Translations under genes and position numbers: made by a program
Notes under the pieces: model-generated
Told to the model about the DNA's origin: nothing
The model's database searches: none
The model's input: only the letters and a program-made list of their open reading frames with translations
Assembly (NCBI RefSeq): GCF_001194135.2
Contig: NC_068993.1
Span: 57,855,401-57,899,661 of the forward strand
Direction: 5' to 3'
Source of the DNA: Octopus bimaculoides
Taxonomy: Eukaryota
Length of the DNA stretch: 44,261 nt
Part shown: positions 12,291 to 23,010 of the stretch, one piece after another
Layout of the letters: every line of letters begins with the position of its first letter
How positions within the stretch are numbered: the first letter of the stretch is position 1

Positions 12291-13858
12291 ATACACACCC
12301 TCACACACACATACATACATGCACACTATGTAGTTATATATTTTGATTGTTATATAGACAGCTCTGTGAAGTCCTTAGGTAGAAAACCTGAGACGTGAGA
12401 AATATCTATATTATATTTAAAACGAGAATTCAGGTAGATTCAATAATTTAGAATAATAATACAAAATATACTCAGCCATAAAAACCGGTGTATGAAAATT
12501 ATTAAATTATATATTTAACGTATCGCTCATTAACATATTAAAAAATATTTAAAATTTACAGGTACATAAATATATAAAAGTCTTCTGATACCATCGAGGA
12601 ATACATATAGGGAGGCCTTTCTCTAAAAAAACTAATGAACTTATTAATTGGATGAGATAGAGTCGCTAGGATTTGCTTTTTATATTTAAGTATATTTTTA
12701 TATATTTATGCTTCTCTAAATTTTTTATGTTTTAATATTTTAATGTGTGATGCATTAAATATAATTTAATAATTTGCATACACCGGTTTTATGGCTGTGT
12801 ATACGTTGTATTATTATTTTCGTGAAGGCGCATGGTTTATATATGAATCAAAATAAGCAACAAGGATATCGAAAGTTAATGCAGTACGATTGTTTCATGC
12901 AACTCCATTTAATTAAGCAATGTAAATATTATATAAAATGTAAAATGCAGAGCTATCCTCAGCAGCACAAAGATACGGAAATTTAATATATCCTTCTGAT
13001 TAAACTTAATTTCATTAAATTTCTATATCTTTGTGCACCTCAGGATTGCTCGGCATTTTACATTTCATGTACTGTTCACATTGCTTAATTAAATGGAGTC
13101 GCATAAAACGATCGTATTGCATTAACTTTCGATATCCTTGTTGCTTATTTTGATTTTAATCACCTTATTTTGAAAATGTATGTTTAATACCATACTTATT
13201 TCTGGTGCCTAAACTTAAGTACCATATTCACCTGAATCTAAACTTATATATATATATATNNNNNNNNNNNNNNNNNNNNNNNNNNNNNNNNNNNNNNNNN
13301 NNNNNNNNNNNNNNNNNNNNNNNNNNNNNNNNNNNNNNNNNNNNNNNNNNNNNNNNNNNNNNNNNNNNNNNNNNNNNNNNNNNNNNNNNNNNNNNNNNNN
13401 NNNNNNNNNNNNNNNNNNNNNNNNNNNNNNNNNNNNNNNNNNNNNNNNNNNNNNNNNNNNNNNNNNNNNNNNNNNNNNNNNNNNNNNNNNNNNNNNNNNN
13501 NNNNNNNNNNNTGTAGAAAAATTAATAAGTAAAAGTGCAATAAATAAGTATGATATAATACAAAGTAAATTTTCGATAGTTTTAATCGATTTTAATCGAT
13601 TTAAATTTTCTTTCTGTTTGAAAGTTGACTATGAAACACGTGTAGTCGTTTTATTATCTTTATATTATGATATTTACTTTGTATTATATTATATTTATTT
13701 ATTGTGGTATTACTTATTAATTTTTCTATATGTGACAGTGGATTTTCATCGATGAGTTCATGAACATTGGTTCCTTTCGCTAAAGTTATATATCTATATA
13801 TATTTAATACTGTGAAAAATAATTTAATTTTAATTTTTAATAAATTGATTTTAATTGA

Positions 13859-13859
<1 letters not shown>

Positions 13860-13929
<70 letters not shown>
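13860..13929. repeat. (TTA)n microsatellite
   Basis: Directly visible; runs into a gap. Confidence 0.95.
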
Positions 13930-13957
13930 NNNNNNNNNNNNNNNNNNNNNATATATA

Positions 13958-14151
13958 TACGGAAGGGGCGCTGAAAAGTTCCTGGCTTTGGCTAAAAGAT
14001 AATGCAAGAGAATCAGTTACTTATGATGTTATTCCGATTCACACACTTATTGCAGAAGTCCTTCAGTTTTTTAGCCCTGTAAAAGAACTCGGAATGTAAG
14101 GCTTCCAGCCTTGACCTTTCGAGACGTTATTGAAGCCAGGATTTTTTCAAT
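13958..14151 (+). mobile_element. Mariner-type MITE with imperfect terminal inverted repeats
   Basis: Left GCTGAAAAGTTCCTGGCTT (13970-13988) versus right AAGCCAGGATTTTTTCAAT (14133-14151) match at 15/19 as an inverted repeat. The element starts at a TA run with a TAC..AGGGG mariner-like terminus. Confidence 0.65.
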
Positions 14152-14230
14152 GTATTGTGTGTTAGGACACATATTCCGTAAGGCAGGAATTAATTATGGA
14201 ATTAATGGAAATATTTTTTCCTATGTTTAG

Positions 14231-14327
14231 GCGCTTCGGGAAATAAGGAAGCGTGCGAAAAAATGGGTGTCCGCAAGTGTGCAAAATATACACCTGGTCG
14301 CAACATTACAGATTTGGAACCTTGCTT
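14231..14327 (+). CDS. Coding exon 2 ((G)ASGNKEACEKMGVRKCAKYTPGRNITDLEPC(L))
   Basis: Acceptor ATTTTTTCCTATGTTTAG and donor GTAAGT at 14328 bound a GC-elevated 97-nt island in AT-rich DNA. The frame is open with phase 1 in and phase 2 out. It completes a signal-peptide cleavage site (A-S-G) and encodes 3 Cys and an N-I-T sequon. Confidence 0.8.
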
Positions 14328-14331
14328 GTAA

Positions 14332-14332
14332 G

Positions 14333-14416
<84 letters not shown>

Positions 14417-14445
14417 TACTACTACTACTACTTCTGCTGCTGCTG

Positions 14446-14488
<43 letters not shown>

Positions 14489-14954
14489 NNNNNNNNNNNN
14501 NNNNNNNNNNNNNNNNNNNNNNNNNNNNNNNNNNNNNNNNNNNNNNNNNNNNNNNNNNNNNNNNNNNNNNNNNNNNNNNNNNNNNNNNNNNNNNNNNNNN
14601 NNNNNNNNNNNNNNNNNNNNNNNNNNNNNNNNNNNNNNNNNNNNNNNNNNNNNNNNNNNNNNNNNNNNNNNNNNNNNNNNNNNNNNNNNNNNNNNNNNNN
14701 NNNNNNNNNNNNNNNNNNNNNNNNNNNNNNNNNNNNNNNNNNNNNNNNNNNNNNNNNNNNNNNNNNNNNNNNNNNNNNNNNNNNNNNNNNNNNNNNNNNN
14801 NNNNNNNNNNNNNNNNNNNNNNNNNNCTACTACTACTATTACTTCTACTTCTATCTCCACTGCAACACTACTGCCACCACTAGTAATACTACCACTACCA
14901 CCACCCTTACTACCATACTTCCACTTCCACCACTATATCTTTCACTACAATAAT

Positions 14955-15026
<72 letters not shown>

Positions 15027-15220
15027 TACCACCGCTATTACTACCGCATCTACCTCCACTAAATCACTACCTTTACCGAAAATTACACCATGGCTCCCAC
15101 CACCGGCGTTACTAATACAGTACCACTTTTTTCACTGCCACCAGTATCACCACTACAAGTGCCACCACTACTGCCACCCCTTCTTCTATTACTACTATCA
15201 CCACTACTATCAGTTCTCCC
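14332..15220. repeat. (TAC)n and degenerate TAC/CAC tract spanning a gap
   Basis: Directly visible; begins within the exon-2 donor (GTAAG-TACTAC). Confidence 0.95.
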
Positions 15221-15649
15221 GATGGTATCGTTACTTGGTTTAGTTCGTACGTCATTTCACTTATTGGGTCATTTTTGTTCGATAAAATGCACTCGATGCA
15301 TAATCTCGAGTACAGACTATGAGAAGGATTGAAATAAAGAAACCTTAGCACGCTCGGATTTTCCGAAGAGAGGTCTGAATATTTTCCAGACATATTCCAG
15401 GAGGTACTCCATTAACCATCAATTGATGTACCTTTAACCTTTTCTTTCAGCCATGCGATGGGTTTTACGCGACCCAAGCAAATATACTATTATTAATGTC
15501 TGGATTTTATTCTAGCGGTCTCTTCTGAGGAACCGCTATTTACATGGACGTAAACAAACCGACATATTACCGGATGGCAAGAGGTGGGAAGAGGACAATG
15601 ATGCACACAAAGACACACATACACACACACATACACGCACATGCATATA

Positions 15650-15739
<90 letters not shown>

Positions 15740-15989
15740 AGTGTGTTGTATCTATGTATTTGCTAATGTATGTATGCAGCGTCGCATGTATATGACAGCT
15801 GTATAAAGTTACCATCCAATTGCACCGCTATTCTCGCCTTCACTGACATAAGACACCCTCACTCTGCTGCTAAATTTCTGTCAGGCTAATACTTTATTAC
15901 AAAATTTTCACTTTATCATATAATTAGTCCAACGCCCCTGGGAGGCACAGTATAGAGTTTTATTGACATTTTATTAACCTATTATCGAA

Positions 15990-16100
15990 CTGGATGTTAG
16001 TGTAACAAGTATGCAAAATTTCATGAATATTGGTTCGCTGGTTTATGTTAATAGACAGACAGATAGACAGACAAAAAACGACATTTACATAAAAGATATA
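15990..16100 (+). mobile_element. Possible non-autonomous Helitron/Helentron-like end
   Basis: GCAAAATTTCATGAATATTGGTT...(GACA)n...ACATTTACATAAAAGAT resembles the termini of microsatellite-bearing rolling-circle non-autonomous elements. This is recognition from memory only. Confidence 0.35.
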
Positions 16101-16442
16101 TATATATATATATATATATATATCTTATATATCAATGTCGTTATATACAAAGGATATCATATATATATGAATATATGTATATGATATGTATATATAATAT
16201 ATATACGCATATACAATATATAAATGATGTATAACATTTCGTCACGTCCTGTGCCCATNNNNNNNNNNNNNNNNNNNNNNNNNNNNNNNNNNNNNNNNNN
16301 NNNNNNNNNNNNNNNNNNNNNNNNNNNNNNNNNNNNNNNNNNNNNNNNNNNNNNNNNNNNNNNNNNNNNNNNNNNNNNNNNNNNNNNNNNNNNNNNNNNN
16401 NNNNNNNNNNNNNNNNNNNNNNNNNNNNNNNNNTGTATATAT

Positions 16443-16477
<35 letters not shown>

Positions 16478-16672
16478 AGAATATAAATTATATATATCTA
16501 TGAATGTATATATGTGTATATATGTGGTGTATGTGTGTGCGTGCGTCTTTGTGTGTGTGACACAAATTTTTGCAATTATTGCAAAATGAATTCTTCCGAG
16601 TTTCCATTTGTTTTCTAGACTCTCGGATGTATTTGTACATTGTTTAAAACGGAAAAAAAGTCTCCCTTCCAG

Positions 16673-16722
16673 ATACTGTTATGAATACTTCAAACACAAG
16701 TATATTTGGTTAAGATGTGCAG
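16673..16722 (+). CDS. Coding exon 3 ((L)YCYEYFKHKYIWLRCA(G))
   Basis: Acceptor TCTCCCTTCCAG and consensus donor CAG|GTGAGT at 16723. Only one frame is open, phase 2 in and phase 1 out, which is compatible with exon 2. The junction creates a C-x2-C motif (PCLYC). An in-frame alternative acceptor lies at 16619. Confidence 0.75.
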
Positions 16723-17721
16723 GTGAGTTAATTATGACACCCTTACTCTTACTGCTGTATCTTTTAAACTTACTTATAACAGTATTTACTTGTATTGAAT
16801 TGAGTAGTAATTCCATCTCTAAATGGCCAGTCACAAGTTCTCTGTACTGAAAGATCACAGCTCCCGTATAACAGATGCGTAATTAAAATGCCGCAGTATA
16901 AGCTCGCAATACGGAAACAAGCCAACCTGCAGGGAACCGAGAGAAAAAAAGATCATATAATATCCATAGTCTTAGCTGTTTGCGCTTGGGAATCTACAAT
17001 TGCTTCTGATAGGAAAGTATGGAATCTCAAAACTATACCCCGATGAAACTCTCACGAATTGTGGCGGAGAAAATGGATGGAGGATGGATGGATTATGTTG
17101 CTTTAAGTTGAAAATAACGGTTCAAAATTTACTTTTTTTTTAAATATATATATATATATTTAACGATTATTATAGTTCTAAAAATCATCATTATTTTAAA
17201 GTATATTGTCGCTGCTTATATCAAATTTTATGTAACGCAGTTCAACATCGGTAGCTAACGCTGTTAACGATATACTGAATGTGAAAATATGAATTAACAT
17301 ATGATATAAAAAATACAAGGTAATTCAGAAGTCTCTTTAGCGTTTAAATTATAAGTTATATTTTATATTTTGCAGCAGTTTTGCTTGCATTTTGTTAATG
17401 TTAATGCTATAGCTTGAAGAATAGGTAAATAGAAATATAATAATTGTTATAACCCTTTATTAGCTGATATATATATTTATCGTAATGTGAATTTAGTTTT
17501 CTTAATGAATTATACCAACTGAAAACATGGACTTAGTTAAACAACTAGCAGCCTGATGCAAATATATCGATATTTCTATCACGATCTTGAATTATCCTTG
17601 AAAATTTGATAGGAATATATATCCAAAAGATCACCTAGTTAATAGACATGGGAACACGGTAGACGAAGTTAACTGATTAGATGTTATGGTATTTTGTCTA
17701 TTTAATAGTTTAAAATATATA

Positions 17722-18129
17722 CTCTTTTACTCTTTTACTTGTTTCAGTCATTTGACTGCGGCGATGCTGGAGCAGCACCTATAGTCGACCAAAGCGACCC
17801 CAGGACTTATTCTTTGTAAGCCTACTACTTATTCTATCGGTCTCTTTTGCCGAATATCTAACTTACGGAGACGTAAACACACCAGCATCGGTTGTCAAGC
17901 AATGTTGGGGGGGGACAAACACAGACTCACAAACACACATATATATATAAACATATACATATATACGACGTGCTTCTTTCAGTTTCCGTCTACCAAATCC
18001 ACTCACAAGGCTTTGTTCGGCCTGATGCTATAGTAGAAGACACTTGCCCAAGGTGCCACGCAATGGGACTGAACCCGGAACTATGTGGTTCGTAAGCAAG
18101 CTACTTACCACTCCGCCACTCATGCGCCT
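17722..18129 (-). mobile_element. tRNA-derived SINE family B, full length, in intron 3
   Basis: The minus strand begins AGGCGCATGAGTGGCGGAGTGGTAAG (A-box-like) and GGGTTCAGTCCC (B-box-like). It continues with a CCTTGGGCAAGTGTCTT CORE-like segment, a central TA/TG repeat and an (AGTAAAAG) tail. Confidence 0.9.
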
Positions 18130-18309
18130 CTTTATAATAAATATTTTTTAATAGTTTTTAAAATTTTTAATAAATTATTATATCTTTAAAGTAATTAGTT
18201 ATTTTATTAGTATTAATAGTTATGTCATTGCTTTACAGTTTTTGACTTAGTAGTTATATAGTTATGTACTTTTGTGTGCAGTCACATCTGCAAGAGAGAA
18301 ATTCTAGAT

Positions 18310-19200
18310 TTCCGCTCCTAAATATCGAGTAATCCTTTGGCAGGGGTCAGCGATAGTTTTAGCGGTAATTCTTTGATTTCTTCGCATCGCGAGGTTGCTA
18401 TGTTGTTTTGAAAGGGAATATTTTCTGTACCTTTCATTTATTTCTTTTATTCAATCTTACTTAAGTTTTAAGCAGAAATATTGATTTAGATATATATTCT
18501 CCAATTAAGGTGTACCTTTTATAGATCCAGGTCTACATTGGTTCATTCTCATGTCATATCATTTTGAGATGACTGGTGCTTGATTGTTATAGATATGTTA
18601 TACCGATTAGTTGACGTTTAGTTCGTTTTAATGGATTTTGTCTTTTAGTCATGTCTTATAAGTTGTTAGGTGGAAAAGTTCTAGAATATTTATTGCTTGG
18701 TTTATTATTGTCTACTGTATGTTCTTACAACTCATTTATTGTTTAATAACTTCTGTACACTATAATTAGTTCGCTAATTAGTTTTAATATTTAGTCGTAT
18801 TAAATTTCAATATTTCTAAGGGCTGCAATATCCATTTTGCTCATAATTTTCTGTTTTCTATACGTTTTTTTTCTTTCTTAGTTTGTTAGCCAAAGCTATA
18901 TTACATTTTATATTTGAGACTTGGTGCTTGTATTACCGTTTTATAACTATAAGCACATTCAGACATAAGGAATATATTGCTCATGCTCCTGATTCTTGTC
19001 TATTGATTTTCAGGTAGCATTTATCTTTTGATGTTGTAGACACCGCCAGATTGAATGGCACTGCCCGGATATCAAAACCATAATAATATCCATTAAATTT
19101 CTGATGTTCAGGTGTATATGTTTTGATAGGTTTGTTTATTTGTATTTCTTGTTCACTGTGAAAATTCTTTATCGTGTATTCTCGTGGTTTCCTTAAGATT
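18310..19200 (-). mobile_element. Very degraded Penelope-like element fragments
   Basis: Minus-strand NIPFQNNIATSRCEEIKE (about 18350-18430) resembles the PLE post-RT motif NIPF...R.EELK. Weak GIY-YIG C-terminal traces occur at about 18830-19100. There are many stops, and the fragment order is not that of one intact element. Confidence 0.4.
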
Positions 19201-19332
19201 CTCCTTTTTTGTAGAATTAAATTTTATTTTTGAAGGTGTTCATAGTTTACAGGGGTTTTGTTATCGATACGTGATACCATTCTATGATCTGGTTTGCTTA
19301 TCCTCCACTGAGATCATATTTCTGTTAAGACT

Positions 19333-19650
19333 AAAGGCGCATGGCGCTGTGGTTAGTCTATGCGGCTCACGATCGTACGGACGTGAGCTTGATTCTCGGC
19401 GGCGCGTTTTATCCTTGAGCGAGAAACTTTATTTCACGTTGTTTCAGTCCACTCAGCTAGCAAAAATGCGTAACATCTGTATATCAAACTGCCAGCGTTG
19501 TCACATTCCGTGTCACGTTGAATAACTTTGAGAACTACGTTAAGGGTACGTGTGTTTGTGGAGTGCTTAGCTACTTGTAATTTAATTTTCCGAGAAGGCT
19601 CTTCCGTACATCGGATCAGCTGGAACTCTTATCTTCACAACTGTTGCAGA
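19333..19650 (+). mobile_element. tRNA-derived SINE (family C)
   Basis: GGCGCATGGCGCTGTGGTTAG (A-box-like) and GTGAGCTTGATTCTC (degenerate B-box) are followed by TCCTTGAGCGAGAAACTTTATTTCAC...GTCCACTCAGCT, a CORE-like segment. Confidence 0.7.
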
Positions 19651-19674
19651 GTCAGTTTTGTTGCATGAACATAA

Positions 19675-19715
<41 letters not shown>

Positions 19716-19758
19716 NNNNNNNNNNNNNNNNNNNNNNNNNNNNNNNNNNNNNNNNNNN

Positions 19759-19807
<49 letters not shown>

Positions 19808-20745
19808 CACATATACATGTACACATTTATGTACGCATTATGCATGTATGTATTAGAAAAAACAATTTTAAAATTATGAGAGAGATCAGATTGTCTTAAA
19901 ATGGATCCATATACGTGCAATCCTGTTCAATTGTCCGGTCATATCTGATTGAAATGCTCAGAGCACTCCATACAGCGAGATAAATGAAAGCTTGTCATGT
20001 AATTTCTAAACCAAGCGATTCATCGAGGTTAACAGGGACAGGGGTTCGTGGCACTGTTGTGTGCAGTAGGTTGTTAGGTGCAGATGTAAGAATGAGAGTC
20101 GACATTGAGAAGTGAGAGAGAGGAAGCGAGGGAGGTAGAAACCGCGGGATAAGAGACAATAAATAGATTCAACAGAGCACAAATGGTTTTCGGTATCATC
20201 CTAAATATTGCATTCAGCGTTTTTTTTTTTTTCAGAATATATTAGCATTTCATTTTCAGGATGAGACTGGCTTCCAAAAACAATATAAATATAAGTAAAT
20301 AAATGACATACTGTTATCGCCATAATGAAGAAAACAATGCAATTTTAACATTAACGCTTGAACGCTAATTCATCCACGCAATACCAATGATATAACTTCT
20401 GTTTCATGTTAATACTATTACAATATTGCATTAATTGCAGCATAATATAATTTTAATATCACACAGATGACCTGGTAACGCATATTCAATAAAACTGTTT
20501 CCAACTACAATAACGCTGATAATTACTAAAATACGATAATATACAACACAATGGTTACTCTCTGAAATAACAATTATGTTGTCATTGTAATAGCAACTGC
20601 GACATTGCTGTGAAGCCATCACCTTACCACTGTTTATGCCAGTGTCACTTGAACATCAAAGATCAATACTAAAACTGCATAGAAAATTCCTATCTCTCAT
20701 CAATACAGATGTTCCGAATAATATATAGTTATATTGTATTTGCAG

Positions 20746-20810
20746 GTCAGGTTCCAATCAGTAGTCACTACTACTGGGCGTGTTTAATTACTGCAGTCAT
20801 TAATATATAA
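20746..20810 (+). CDS. Probable terminal coding exon 4 ((G)QVPISSHYYWACLITAVINI*)
   Basis: Acceptor ATATTGTATTTGCAG with a phase-1 start compatible with exon 3. It supplies the sixth mature Cys and a TAA stop at 20808-20810. AATAAA occurs downstream at 21387 and 21669. It was chosen among several phase-compatible acceptors because it gives an even Cys count and a HYYWACL motif. Confidence 0.6.
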
Positions 20811-22884
20811 ATAATGTTAATATAGATATTATCTGTTTTAATTTATAGTTTTGTTGTATTTCGAGATTTGATGATATTTTTATCAATATTTATGGACTGA
20901 TGTTCAAGATTGTTTCCGTATAATATCATCTTCTATCTTCTACTTGCTTCACATCGCGTCCTCAACATGGCTGTCGTCCGTCTTGGACTTCGAGTATGCC
21001 GTGAAACCGTCTTAAAGGGTTTAATCCATAAAAATAAGCTCCAGTACTAGTTGTTTAAAGTCTGATGCTATCAGTCGGTTTCACCTGTTTACTGAAGCAC
21101 GAAGTTGTGGTGATGAAAACGAATCAATGAATTATGTTTATGATTCTATCAACATAACGTATTTTGAACCAATTAGAACGGTATATTTGATATATGGTTG
21201 CTTGAGATAGGTGAAATTTTCAGGGGTGAGGACGGTTCTTTTATTCGGTGTCTTGTTGAAGTACTCTAAGTTAACGTGTTGTTAAAACAATATGCAGCGC
21301 CTCTGAATATTTTGTCTGCCGTTGTATAGAATCTATTCCAGTGCAATTTTAATGATTGGAAGGTTCCTTCAAACCCTTGTCTGGGAAATAAAAATGATGC
21401 TGAATGGTGAGACAAAATACACGCCCACTTAAATTATCTTGCAACTCAGTTGATATCATTCATAAAACGATGTTTATCTTCATAAACAAGCACAATGTGG
21501 CATGGCAAAAAATGCGTACAAGCAGGTGTTATATAATCACTCTTATACATTTAGATATGATTCAGAGGATTTCAACAAGATTGTACGTGTATATCTGGAA
21601 TTTTAGATAAACCTCTATTATAACATCAACTAGAAGTTTATTGAAGATAGTAGTCTTTCAAATTATGAAATAAATGATGTGGTACTACTCAGTAAATATA
21701 GATACGCCTCATGCTCATGTATCTACTAACTCATAATCGCTATTCAAACATCAGATTAGATTAGTTCAGACATAGCGAAAAGTTTCTAATTCGTAAGTGG
21801 CACATACCACATTTTCCAAAATACATTCATTTAAGCACACACAGACAAGACACAAACATACGAACACGATGTTTATCTCGATAAAAAGCAAAGCGCGACA
21901 TAGCAAAAAAGTAAGTACAAGCAGAGGTTATATAATTACTTTTATACATTTAGGTATGAATCAGAGGAGTTGAACAAGAGTGTAGGTAGATAATTTTTTT
22001 ATATTTCTGTATTTCTTTTATTTTTTATACATTAAATATTTATATTTATTTACTTATTTATTGCTTTCACGGTTTCCCATGTCTCTCTGGCGCTATCCAA
22101 TTCCATTATTATGAATTTGAATTGGGAGCTGAGTCGTAGGAAATCTTACGGTAGCTGATCACACAACCGTAGACCCCACCTCAATGAGAGCGTTGCAGTT
22201 ACTCTCTTCATAGAGCTTCGTGATCCTGAGCGCTGATCTTCTAGGATTATTCCACCCAGCATCAATGCAAGAGGCAGCGTTGGCTCGGTTGAGCTCTTCC
22301 CCTTCCTCTTCACAATCCATCATGCTGTAGTCCCACGATTTTCTGGTATTCCTGGCAGGGCGGCGGAACAGGCACTAGGCCTTGCCAATGGGAGGTCTTC
22401 ACTCCATGAGATATTTCCAAAATGCCCGCATAACATGACATTCTTTTCTCTTATCTAATTAAGCTCCTTTAATTTTTTAATCTTAAGTATTTTCAATTTA
22501 TGTACATATCATCATAGTTTTTGAGATTTTATTTTACTGTTAACAGGACATAAAACATTTCTACACTATCGGACCAATACAACCTAAAGCAAAAAGAAGT
22601 GGATTATTTTTTTCGAAGCTATTACTCTGGAAAAGTTAGAACGAATAAAAAAAATGGTGTCTGAGATTTGAAGTACCAAAATGAAAAACCTGTTGTTTGT
22701 ATTATTTTGTAAACATATTTCTTTTGCCGTACGTATAATCTTAACACAGTAAAGCAAACTTATATGTAGCTTTTCACTTGTTACTGTCGATGGACAACAG
22801 ACATACGGAGGAACCAGTTTGACGGGTTTGGCTGCACAAATTGACAACAGTAATAAGTTTTAGAGTCTTGCAACCATTATGTCG

Positions 22885-23010
22885 TTCTCTATACCCGAAC
22901 CGCAAACATCGAAGATGTAAACAAGCAAAGGGTGGTCAAGAAGAGGGGTGGGAGAAAACACACCTACAAAGACGTACATAGCTACACACATATGTATACG
23001 ATGGGCTTCT
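22885..23010 (-). mobile_element. Highly degraded SINE family B fragment
   Basis: CCGAACCGCAAAC...GATGTAAACAAGC...TATACGATGGGCTTCT resembles the family B body. Confidence 0.45.

Noticed and set aside
12774-12834. Signal-like frame LHTPVLWLCIRCIIIFVKAH-G
   Set aside because: No in-frame ATG or acceptor upstream, and a non-consensus donor (GTTTAT).
13667-13706. Alternative signal-peptide exon MIFTLYYIIFIYC-G (phase 1)
   Set aside because: Weak donor (GTATTA), no basic n-region and very AT-rich context. The 10289 exon has a perfect donor and a TATA box.
17990-18129. tRNA gene
   Set aside because: The A/B-box-like motifs belong to SINE heads; no complete cloverleaf or anticodon arm is evident. 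The same applies to the other SINE copies.
20255-20289. Exon-like segment DETGFQKQYKY in intron 3
   Set aside because: The phase-1 frame required by exon 3 hits TGA immediately, and the donor is weak.
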